Shown here piece after piece: positions 52,051-64,000 of a DNA stretch of 64,000 bases. Position 1 is the first letter of the stretch. Each line of letters starts with the position of its first letter. Source of the stretch: Octopus bimaculoides (Eukaryota). The notes beneath the pieces are model-generated. The model had not been told where the DNA came from, did no database searches, and saw only the letters and a program-made list of their open reading frames with translations. The stretch spans positions 72,861,533 through 72,925,532 of the forward strand of contig NC_068984.1 in the NCBI RefSeq assembly GCF_001194135.2, in the 5' to 3' direction. A program made the translations under genes and the position numbers.

Positions 52051-54817
52051 ATACATAGATAGATAGAGTGATAGGCAACATAGAGTTAGATATATACTCA
52101 TACACACATATATGTGTATGTATGTATATGTGTATGTATGTATATATGTGTATGCGCAAGAATGAAGTGAAAAATATTTTCGTGCAAGATGTGGGATATT
52201 TCTTGTGATAAGCAGACGATAACTTTCTCATCGTACGCTATTTTGCTTGGTTTCCTACTCACGAGTGAGGCGATTTATTCACATTTCTTTGTTTATTGTA
52301 TTATGTCAGAACACACTAAAAGAATTTTTATGTGGTCATAAGAACTTAGAACCAGCGAGAACGGGAAATAAGTCTCTCTATGGACACTGAAGTCAAAACA
52401 AATGAAGCTGTAAATAACGGCGTGTAATAACAGCTGTAGCAGCTATAACAGATATAGAAAGTCGAACGAAAATAGACATAGAAATTCAAAACATTGCTTT
52501 GATCCAACTGTAGAATACCTGTCATGTATATAGATGTAGATTTGAGTTGCCCGCGCTGTGCCTCTTTTCCCAAGGACTTCCAACCCATTATTTACATACT
52601 GTTATTTCGAGATTTTATTTCCTGTAAAAATAGTGTTTTATATACAATTTTTTTAAATATAAAATTATTGACTTAAAACAATAATTTTTGTGTGTATCAA
52701 TTTGTTTTATTGTTCCACTTGTGTTGGCATTTTAGTTTCTCCAGTGCAATTTCTACTGAATGTTGTGCCATCGGCTTTTCTTATAGCTTGTGCGCAAGTT
52801 AGATCAGTGTTTGACCTTAAGTTATTTCAATTTCTTTTTCTTGCAGAAACTTTGGCTTAAGAAATAGGAAGTCATATATGGGACACAAAAAAACACTTTC
52901 CTCTCCCGACCACTTTCTCACTAACTTTAGATATGAATATGTTGATACTCATCAATATTATATATTTTCATATGAATAACCGCCGCTTAACCAAACTCAG
53001 TTTTGTCTTGTACTTTTGTCGGGGTAAGCATTTATCAGAGCTATCATTAATGACATTCAACTATATAACTATATACTTATCTATAACTTTGTATGACTGC
53101 AGTATTCACCTCATCATTTCCTTTGTTGAAATAAATGCGTGGTGAATTGCTGCGAAGCTTGAGATTTTGAATCAAGGATAACCTAAATTATTTTCATTCA
53201 ATTGCCTCTCTATTTATCATGTATTTGTGAGAGCATGCACCATGTGCCGTAATATACGTAGTGAGTATCCAGAAAAAAATCGAGGTTAAACACTTGTTGA
53301 CTATATATAACATCAACACTGTTACTGCCATTAGCTTACATGAAAATATCGGTTTTTATGCAATCAATATGTCAGGAAGAAGGGCAATATCTACACTACA
53401 TCCAACCGTATAATGTCCTCTAATTGTATTAATACTTGGGGGTGCCTATATTGTAGAAAGCAGAAACAAACAGACTGTCGGACCTTGACCCCAGTTGAGC
53501 ACTCAACGTGTGACAGCTGGGGAGAGTGAAAGTTGCACCAGCACCAGGCTGGTACTGATTAGACTGGATCAATGTAACTGAAGAACCTTACTCAAGAAGC
53601 AAATGCATATTTAGTCCAGATATTGCACCAAGAAGTATATGATCATGAGAAAAACATACTATTCTTTAGGCCACTAATCTTGAAGGCCATCTAGTGACAG
53701 AAGCCAAATCTTCGTCAAATCATAGTCGTTTTGAAAAAGAAAGATAATTTATGTAACTCTCTCTTAGCAGTATACCCGAAGGAAGTCAACACGTTCAGTA
53801 TTGGGATGTATTAAATTTTGATTTACTCCGGGGGTTAAACGAAAACAATAGTCATAATATTTGAGACTCCTGTTACACATACAAGTCACTAGTAAGCGTG
53901 AGATATTGCTGAAATGATCTCAAATTTCACATCGGCAAATAAACTGAGTAAATGACACATGTAATATATTAGAAAACATGTCCAAATACACCTTAGGTTA
54001 AGTGTCCAGTGTCATATTTTAAGTCAAACCCGAATCCAAATTATCGGATATGTGCATGTACATGTGTGTGAGGCGTATCAATATCCATCACAAATGTATA
54101 ACAAAAATGTTGTCAGTGGTGTGACACTGATTTTTGCTGTTTGTAATCTAACCTAACTTTGACTTATCTGATACATGATGTAATAGTAAATTCCTTTTGA
54201 TTTTCAATCTAAGAAGCCATAATCATGCTTCTTTTTTATGATGCGGAAACCTTATATTTGTATTAATATATCAGATACATATAGCAGTAAAGTGGAACCA
54301 CTATTGATATGAGATTATGATTAAAATCTGTTTTTGTATTTAATATATGGTACTCATGAAATTTGTAAAAAGAAAAATACTCCTTTATTCACTGGCGTTA
54401 GGAAAAATAATCTTTACATCATGTCTTCTCCTAATTAATTATTACATTTACTGTTGATGTAAAGGCATATTCATACTACAGATGGTGTAGCGATGCGAGC
54501 TACAGTGCAAAGTGTAATGTCTTAATCACACCGAATCTCACTGCTATTAAATTGCATAAAAATGAAGCAGACTTCAAGTTTCCAGGCACATGTTAGTGGA
54601 TTTGTTTTATATCACCATTGCAAGAAAGTAGCGTCGTTTGGTATAGGCAAACTATGGGTCAATCACTCAATCACACTTCACTATAGTTATGATGGCGATA
54701 TGAACAAGGTAGATGGTTCACTATAAATATTAGGGGAGGTTTCGATGAAAGGGCACCCGGGTTTTTGTTTTTTTATTGATGTTAACACGATGTTTCTTTG
54801 GCATATGCTCTCTCACA

Positions 54818-54864
<47 letters not shown>

Positions 54865-54906
54865 GGTGGAGGCAGTCTCTTGTTAGTCTGAGTTTCATTT
54901 GTAGGT

Positions 54907-54982
54907 TTCTTCAAGGTCTTCAGGCAAGTTGTCACAACTTGTCTCCACTCAAATGAGCTAACATTAATCTCTACTACACTAC
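54907..54982 (+). repeat. Source of a 76-bp inverted duplication
   Basis: Reverse complement of 55678-55753, 1 mismatch; contains the palindrome caagttgt-c-acaacttg. Confidence 0.95.
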
Positions 54983-55657
54983 TGAGAACTCTTTCCGACA
55001 GTTAATACTAAACTAATATGAATACATATATATATATGTGTGTGTGCACGTGTGTGTGTGTATGCGCGTGTGCTGTGTGTGTGTGTGAGTGTGCGCATGT
55101 GTGTGTTTGCGTTTGTGCGTGTGTGTGTGTGTGTGCGCGTATTTATGTTTATACATTCATGCATGCTGTGGCAGGTCAGGTCAAAGATGTACAACTTCTG
55201 CTAATCATGTAAAACACCACAACTTCTTCCTTGATAGGATATTAAAAGATGAGTTAACTATTTAGATATTGTCTTAATCTAAGTTGTGCAATTGTGAATA
55301 GGTTGGTTGGTTTTCGTACGAAAGTTTTGCTTATTTTAACTGCAACCTTTGTAAAATATATATAAGATTTGCAGAAGCGGCTCTGACATCATTGTCAGAG
55401 TTAATTTACCTGATTTTTATATTCGAAATGAATGTCAGATACGGACGCTGTACACTATTCTCCTTACATGAGACTGCAGAGTTCCGGTACCGTATTCAGT
55501 AAACATTTGTTTCGAAGTAGCCTAATACTGCAAGCAAGCATGTCCTAAAGATTTGAGTGGCTTTTGGGAAACTAAATACTTTGTGATATTTCATTCATTC
55601 CCGACAAAATATTAAATAGCGACTAGAAAAGAATAATGTTCACTGCCTGTATGCGTC

Positions 55658-55773
55658 ACTCAAGAAATATTATAAAAGTAGTATAGTAGAGATTAATGTT
55701 AGCTCATTTGAGTGGAGACAAGTTGTGACAACTTGCCTGAAGACCTTGAAGAAACTCAAGAAATATTATAAAA
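55658..55773 (-). other. 76-bp inverted templated insertion flanked by 20-bp direct repeats
   Basis: actcaagaaatattataaaa at 55658-55677 and 55754-55773 brackets an inverted copy of 54907-54982. Confidence 0.93.
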
Positions 55774-56138
55774 TAGAACGAGTTTAATAGTAATCCTTTG
55801 ATTGGCTGTGGTTTCAACGACCACTTATCCCTAAATCACTTCCTCCAATGTAGATTTATAATCAATGAGGAAACACATCTGAGGAGTAATTAAGTAATCG
55901 TTCGGTCTGACTAAATGGTTAATAAGTGGAAGAAAATATCTATATGTAAGGAAGCAATAAATTTGCTTTTAAATTGGCACCTCTGCATGACTAGTTCTTA
56001 CTTTGAAAGCGATTAACGACTAAGATTTAATTCCATACACAGGTGAACGAATATGAATATTGGACAAAATTTCTCATTCATTTTCGTCCAGTGTACAAAA
56101 GGGGAAAATGCTATTAATAGTTATATGGGCATGTAAAG

Positions 56139-56340
56139 TGGTGAGCTGGCAGAATAGTTAGCAGTACGGGCGAAATGCTTAGCGACATTTCGTTCGTCTT
56201 CACGTTCTGAGTTCAAATTCCATTGAAGTCACCTTTGTTGTTCATCCTTTCGGGGTCAACAAAATAAGTACCAATTGAATACTGGGGACAGTGTAATCAA
56301 TTTATTACCCCCGTGAAATTGTTGACCTTGTTACAAAATT
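56139..56340 (+). mobile_element. SINE family B
   Basis: ggtgagctggcagaatagttagcagtacgggcgaaatgcttagcg..ttctgagttcaaattcc..catcctttcggggtcaacaaaataagtacc. Confidence 0.9.
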
Positions 56341-56701
56341 TCAGAGGAATAATTATATGAAAATGTAACGTCATGTTTATTAAAACAAATCTGACGTTAC
56401 GAATGGCGCTTTACATGCTAGTACAAAACACATTGCTATCATATACAGGATAGCTATAATGAAGGATTATAAATAACGACTTACTGATGGTAAACGGCAG
56501 GTCGGCTAACACGCAATGAACTCTAAAGTGACACTGACAATTACGATGATGAAAATGATGTTATGAGGATAATGATGGCGATTGTGATTTTCACGATGGA
56601 AAGATTGATGTGATGATGTGGCGGAAGGATAGAAAATCGTGTTATTGTGAAGATACTAGGCTGTAGACGGGTTTCAGAAGAAATATAAGACTTAGAAAAT
56701 T

Positions 56702-57805
<1,104 letters not shown>

Positions 57806-57807
57806 AC

Positions 57808-57878
57808 GGGCATATGACGTAGTGGTTAAGAGCGCGGGCTACTGACCCCAACATTCCGAGTTCGATTCCAGGCAGTGA

Positions 57879-57945
<67 letters not shown>

Positions 57946-58092
57946 TACAACATCGAAAAATACCTTAGGGATCAGAACCCAGGTTCGAAATTTCCCCAAG
58001 ACACCTGATGAAGGCTGGATGGTATAACAGCCGAAACAAGATGAAGACAAATTCCCCTCAAATATAAATAATGTAAATAATGTAAATAATGT
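57808..58092 (+). mobile_element. tRNA-headed, hammerhead-containing SINE (family C), plus copy
   Basis: A-box-like tgacgtagtgg (57815), B-box gagttcgattcc (57858), (AAT)n, then acacCTGATGAaggctg..cagccGAAAc (58001-58037) and tail repeats (taaataatg)n. Confidence 0.85.
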
Positions 58093-58159
58093 TAGCATAT
58101 TTTTTATGTGCTATCTGTGTAATCAGAAAAAAATGAACGTTATTTTAAATTGTTGGATC

Positions 58160-58268
58160 CTCTTCCTCCTCCTCATCATCATCCTCATCATCGTCGTCGT
58201 CGTCATCGTCGTCATCATCATCATTATCATCATAATCATCATCATCATCATCATCATCTTCATCATTA
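58160..58268. repeat. (CCT)/(CAT)/(CGT) compound trinucleotide tract
   Basis: Direct reading; explains the poly-Asp ORF. Confidence 0.95.
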
Positions 58269-58563
58269 TGTGAGAGAGCAGTGCACGCCATCAATGTGAC
58301 ACTGGGATACAAATATACAAGGCCCATTATGCCCATCATGATTAACCGTCTTATGAGGATACACCAGGCAGATGCGTCAAACCGCATGCGCGTGTTATGG
58401 TTACCTCATACCAAGATAAACAACACATGACCTCGTAGATGGAGCCCGCTTGAAATTATCTTCACATCGAGCAGCCCATCCCACTCAAAATGTCCCTAAA
58501 TCAGGCTGTTTTAAGAATGATGAACGAATCACTTTTATTTCCAGGAGTTATTATCATTATTAA

Positions 58564-58623
<60 letters not shown>

Positions 58624-59179
58624 TATTATTATTATTGTTGTCTTGTTAGAAAGAATTGCAAGATTGGCTAGTTGTCAGATTTTTGTCAAATCAAATATAA
58701 CATAAAAATATGATTTAACACTAAAAAAAAAAGCGGTTTTGTTCTCTCTCACAAGCTAAGAAAAAATGATTCAACACGCACTTCTTATGAGGAACAGTCA
58801 ATATTTAGTTCGATTTTGTTTATTTTTGATTGTTGTCAAAACTTTGACACATAAATCATTTAGATTAAAACTCTTTGTGTTGGCGGACGACACAAAGGGT
58901 TAAAGCAGAGAAATGAATAACAACATTCTCCCAGAATAAAGCTGAAGAAGCAACACCGCAAATTTATATTGACACTCATAAAACAAAATAGTAAAATTAA
59001 ATGGGTAAAACATTGCAGTGATGAAAATACAAAAAAAAAAAGAAATTAAATTAAATGAAAAATGGTATTAAAATCGCCTGGTAGCCAGGAAAAATAAATT
59101 GGAAAAACCAAGTTACGGACGATGATTATAATAACTGAATTATTGTAATACCACAAATAGTTATAATTGATTGTTATCA

Positions 59180-60195
59180 ATCACATCGAATCCAGTATTT
59201 GGCGGCTAAAATATTTTATTAATTTTATTGTAGGATGGAAGACGATATCAACTTCGGCAGGATTTACTCTCATAACATAAAGATTTAGAACAAATACTGC
59301 CTGGAATTTGTCTAAGTTCTAAATAAGTGCCCTTGAAAGCGAGCAGAACCGCCCTCCTACTGCTTACCGGAAATTTTTATACTGGTACTGAGGAAATCCA
59401 GAGCTATAGTGTCCATTGAAGTAGTTATACATTACTTTTGGTTTTGCCCACTTATTCAATAACGACCTAAAGTAAATAATTAAATGTAATACATAATCAG
59501 CTTGTTAACCACAATCGAAACAACGACAATAACAATAACCATGACGACACCAGCAACTACAATAGATTTGGAAGTGTGAATGATGAAATAGGGAAACAAT
59601 ACCGTCTAAAATCATATTATAGTGTAGTAGAATGATAATTTGGAGAATAATCACCCACGTCAAACTAGTACCAAAAATATATAACTACGACCAGAGAAAA
59701 CTAAATGCAAATTAAAATTAGGTGTGTGTGTGTGCATCGAATTGTTGCAAGACGGGAGTTTAAAAATCTGTTAGGAAAATGAAAGGGTACAATGCTTCAA
59801 AATGGTTTATTTTAATGCTCTACGATTCTGTCAACTCTGCGCAAACAGCAAAAATATAAACAACAACAACATCAATAGTTTTAAATTGTTGGCACGAAGC
59901 CAGTAATTTTGAAGAAAGAGTTTATGGATACCACCGACCACAGTACTGATATTTCATTAATCACAAATTGATGAAAGGAAAAGTTGAACAAGGCTGGATA
60001 TGTATCGGAATAAATATCACGAATAGTTTTGTCCGATGCTCTCGCGATCCTGCTAATCTACTATAGTCTCTAGTCTATAATTTTGAAAGAAGAGGTTTGT
60101 CGATTACATCAACTCCTCTACTAGACTAGCATATCATTTTCTTTGGCCTTGGAGCATTGAAAGGCAAAGCTACAATTCGTGCGACTTGAACTCCG
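59180..60195 (-). mobile_element. Two or three highly degraded SINE family B remnants
   Basis: gtcgattacatcaac, tgaaaggcaaag, ttgaactc and ggcacgaagccagtaattttgaag fragments at about 59180-59320, 59885-60050 and 60070-60195. Confidence 0.5.
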
Positions 60196-60454
60196 TCTAT
60201 AAAATGAATTGTTTCGTATGGTCTTAGAATTTGGGTTCCATTGTAGATACCAATAAATCTGCTACTCACAGGGACAACAATCATTTAGTCTTGTATAAGA
60301 CCCACAGTATGGGAGATTTCTTTCAGTTCATTAGAAATATGCTATCAATGTCCTTATTTGCAGAAATTTTTCCAATAATTCCTTGCTTCTAAAACATTTA
60401 TACACGCACGCACGCACGTACGCACGCACGCACGCACGCACACACACACCCACA

Positions 60455-60485
<31 letters not shown>

Positions 60486-62101
60486 GGATAAAAGATCTGC
60501 TATATAGAAATGGGTATATCTCTACATTCCAATGTTTTCTTCATTGTCAAATTGCATGAGATGGTGGTGGTAAATTTCCATTATCATAAACGCGAGTTAT
60601 TTACCATCATAATATTAATCTTATCGAATAAGTTGCTGCGAATTATATCTATTACTATGATGGAAAAGAGGAAAGGGATGATAAATTACTTATGGCATTG
60701 TAAAATATAGTTCTAGGATCTGAATATTTGCTGATAAAAATATTCGGCAGTATCGGTAAACAGGTATGTCTTTAATGTAATCTATGACTAAGGTGGTTGT
60801 GTCGCAATATGGAATTTTCTTGCTCAACTGTTGTACCGTGATGCCCCGTTCATAAGATTCGAGATTATGGTGCATGGATAAGTACAGAGATTGTGTGAGA
60901 TGCAATATAAATGTGAAGTTTATGATGTATTTTCAAACGGAGAGGAAACAGAAATTCACTACGATTTCGTTGTTATTCGGAGACAAGTCAGTGTTTGGAG
61001 AATCAACGTCTGCCATATTCGTCCTCCAAAGAGAAGTGTAAACGAATTTAATCTGTTGAAAATAAAGTTTCGTTATTTAAATACAGAAGGTAGGCTGCTT
61101 ATGCAAATGTTGCCTGAAGATAGTGATATTTGTCTAGATAAGGAAATTGACAGTTACGATTAATCCATTAGTTGTTGGATTCTAGCTATGTTAAATCATT
61201 GTAATGTGATGTAAATACAATGAATATAAAGAGTGAAAACATGTACGTTGTGCTTGCTTTAATATATGCTTTCAGATGCGGCTAGCTACTGCTGAGTCTC
61301 TTTTAAGCAATTGTCGTATGTTAGTGAGATATGTTATGCATTTTGAATGAGGTCAATATCCCCTCTGTAAAATCATCTCTTTGGTGAACTGGTGCTGTTC
61401 TGATAACATGCCAAAACATTTTAATTAGTCTGAAGCTAAAGCTCGCATCACATTATTAGTTGGAAAGAGGAGGTTAGGCAAAAGATGTCATTTATGGCTG
61501 AATGATTATGTAAAACATGTGACAGGGAAATGAAGTTCTTAAACAAGCTTTAAGCAGCAATTAAATGAGGGACGCCAACAAAACGAACACAACTGAAATA
61601 GATTTGTAATCTGCCGTTGACACCTCTATAGAAATACAAGACTGGATCCTTCGGTGAGTGAAAGAGAGGAAATTTAAGGTTGAGAAAGGGAAGATATAAA
61701 ACCACACTTACACATCCAATTGATGATTACCATCGAATATCATCGAGTTCAAAAGTGTTTCGCGGAACTACACACATACACACACACGCGCGTGACCACC
61801 TACACACACATATGTGTGTATATATCTATCTATCTATCTATCTATATATATATATATATATATATNNNNNNNNNNNNNNNNNNNNNNNNNNNNNNNNNNN
61901 NNNNNNNNNNNNNNNNNNNNNNNNNNNNNNNNNNNNNNNNNNNNNNNNNNNNNNNNNNNNNNNNNNNNNNNNNNNNNNNNNNNNNNNNNNNNNNNNNNNN
62001 NNNNNNNNNNNNNNNNNNNNNNNNNNNNNNNNNNNNNNNNNNNNNNNNNNNNNNNNNNNNNNNNNNNNNNNNNNNNNNNNNNNNNNNNNNNNNNNNNNNN
62101 N

Positions 62102-62390
62102 ATATATATAAATGCCAACCACATGGCATCATTACGCCAGAGTGAGAAAAGCAAAACCACAAAATTGACGTGTCACATTTGAGCTTTGAAAGAGAAAAAG
62201 GTTCCATACGTGATCAAATGGAGATTAATAAAAAGGTCTACACCATACATGAATGGATCTAATAGATGTACGTTTTGTTTGGCCGAAAGGGCGCAGGTTT
62301 GATTTAGATCCGAGACTCCGAACTTGATATTGAACTCGAGGTCGGAGATTTTTAGTGGATTAAAACACGTTGAAATATATCTTAAAAAAT
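62102..62390 (+). mobile_element. PLE GIY-YIG endonuclease C-terminal remnant
   Basis: HMASLRQSEKSKTTKLTCHI*ALKEKKVPYVIKWRLIKRSTPYMNGSNRCTFCLAERAQV*..ILNSRSEIFSGLKH matches the Penelope EN tail (W..K....Y.IKW, RC.LCL.EK, LN.RSE). Confidence 0.88.
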
Positions 62391-63054
62391 TCCGAAGATG
62401 CCACTAATTGCCGATTGATTGACATCTTTTTCTACCATTCTTTATAGCGCCTAGTAATATAAATATGGTTTCTTGTTTCATGGTGTCGATTCATATCTCA
62501 TATTTACATCTACATTATATTTTTTGCATCCTTTCAGATTCCTTTGGTTAATCTTATATATTGTAATTATAGACCTTTATAACAGACACCATAGACTTTT
62601 TTCCATTCATAATTTTATGCAATTTATATATATTTATTTATATTTTTATGTACTTGTATAATTTATGTATTGTATATAGCTTATGTATTTGTATATAATC
62701 GTATAGCCTTTGGATTATCCGTAGAGCTATATATATTTTCATATAATTAAATTCAATTTTGATGATTTTTATAATTTATAACTTTATGATTTTAACTTAA
62801 TTTTTATGATTATTTCCGATTTAAATTCATCTGAACGGCCTGCATCGGTTCAGTTTGGTAGTTCAACATTAAATATAGTTTGTTTCGCCTCTCACCGAGG
62901 TCCTCTATTTAAACCTCTTGGTTTGATGGAATAAACAGCGCCTGATACACATACTTGTCATGTACGTGAAACTATTAGTAGTGCGTGTAATACATTAATA
63001 TCTGCCTCTCATTAGATGAAGTACACCTTTTGTTGACCTTTTAACGCAGATCAA

Positions 63055-63085
<31 letters not shown>

Positions 63086-63407
63086 NNNNNNNNNNNNNNN
63101 NNNNNNNNNNNNNNNNNNNNNNNNNNNNNNNNNNNNNNNNNNNNNNNNNNNNNNNNNNNNNNNNNNNNNNNNNNNNNNNNNNNNNNNNNNNNNNNNNNNN
63201 NNNNNNNNNNNNNNNNNNNNNNNNNNNNNNNNNNNNNNNNNNNNNNNNNNNNNNNNNNNNNNNNNNNNNNNNNNNNNNNNNNNNNNNNNNNNNNNNNNNN
63301 NNNNNNNNNNNNNNNNNNNNNNNNNNNNNNNNNNNNNNNNNNNNNNNNNNNNNNNNNNNNNNNNNNNNNNNNNNNNNNNNNNNNNNNNNNNNNNNNNNNN
63401 NNNNNNN

Positions 63408-63489
63408 AAAGAACAAATGGATGTATTAGTATAACGTTCAGGAATAGAGAAAGTCTTTAACGTTTCGAGCCTATGCTCTTCAACTGAAA
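63408..63489 (-). mobile_element. PLE-type terminal repeat with degenerate hammerhead
   Basis: Reverse complement cttt-cagttga-agagc-atag-gctc-GAAA-cgtt-aaag; same family as 21780-22030. Confidence 0.75.
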
Positions 63490-63564
63490 GGATCTAATAG
63501 ATGTACGTTTTGTTTGGCCGAAAGGGCGCAGGTTTGATTTAGATCCGAGACTCCGAATTTGATA
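63490..63564 (+). repeat. Near-identical direct copy of 62255-62329
   Basis: ggatctaatagatgtacgttttgtttggccgaaagggcgcaggtttgatttagatccgagactccgaa; 1 mismatch. Confidence 0.95.
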
Positions 63565-64000
63565 TTGGGTTGTCAGGAAAGTTGATGCCGATTTTTAAAG
63601 GAAAGAAAAAGGTCAATAAATACTTGCCATTACATCTTTAATCAACAAAATATGAACCATCTTTTGCACAATGCATCTCCTTCTTTCCTTTACCTTAAAA
63701 ATACCCTCTTCCCAGAATTGAGGTGGTTTCATGGCAAAGAATTCATCAAGGTATCTTTTTACGTCATCCAAGGAATTGAAATTCTTACCATTAAGACTAT
63801 TCTGCAGAGACCTGAATAAGTGGAAATCCGAAGGAGCAATACCTGGTTAATATGGAGGGTGGGGGTAACACATCCCAGCCGAGCTGCAGCAATTTTTGTC
63901 TGGTTCCCAAAGAAACGTGTTGGAAAACAACATCCTTCGTGTTGGCCATTTCTGGACGTTTCTCTTGAATTGCTGCTTTTAACTGGTCCAGTTGTGTGCA
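63565..64000 (-). mobile_element. mariner transposon 3' end (transposase C-terminus plus TIR), disrupted
   Basis: Minus strand QLDQLKAAIQEKRPEMAN..KLLQLGWDV..HPPY*PGIAPSDFHLFRSLQNSLNGKNFNSLDDVKRYLDEFFAMKPPQFWEEGI; TIR-like TA|ttgggttgtcaggaaagtt at 63565. Confidence 0.93.

Noticed and set aside
57808-57883. Possible functional tRNA gene
   Set aside because: No acceptor-stem pairing and no terminator; it runs into (AAT)n and a repeat tail, so it is treated as a SINE head
60891-61163. 90-aa ORF MCEMQYKCEV..
   Set aside because: No recognisable motif or splice context
62938-62990. Hammerhead-like ctgatac-acatac..gtacgt-gaaac downstream of the PLE endonuclease remnant
   Set aside because: The CUGANGA core is broken, and I could not assign stems I and III

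Overview
AT-rich, microsatellite-dense eukaryotic genomic DNA from a gapped short-read assembly (15 N-runs, most flanked by (TA)n). The SINE types and repeat landscape look like an octopus/cephalopod genome (inference, no database check). I found no intact host protein-coding gene, and most ORFs in the track are microsatellite or N artefacts. The window is a mosaic of mobile-element relics: two tRNA-derived SINE families (about 18 copies), Penelope-like (PLE) RT and GIY-YIG fragments, R4/Dong-type LINE 3' ends next to (TAA)n tracts, old RTE-like LINE pieces, two mariner fragments, an internally deleted Helitron, and a weak decayed cadherin-like segment. Three things stand out. (1) About 13 type I hammerhead-ribozyme-like motifs from four or five families, repeatedly arranged as outward-facing inverted pairs; one family is a tRNA-headed SINE carrying the hammerhead. 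(2) A 1,664-bp retroposon with an exact 18-bp target-site duplication that encodes only a gag/ORF1-like zinc-knuckle protein, with related copies clustered nearby. (3) Several local inverted duplications, including a 76-bp templated insertion with a 20-bp TSD. All alignments and folds were done by eye.
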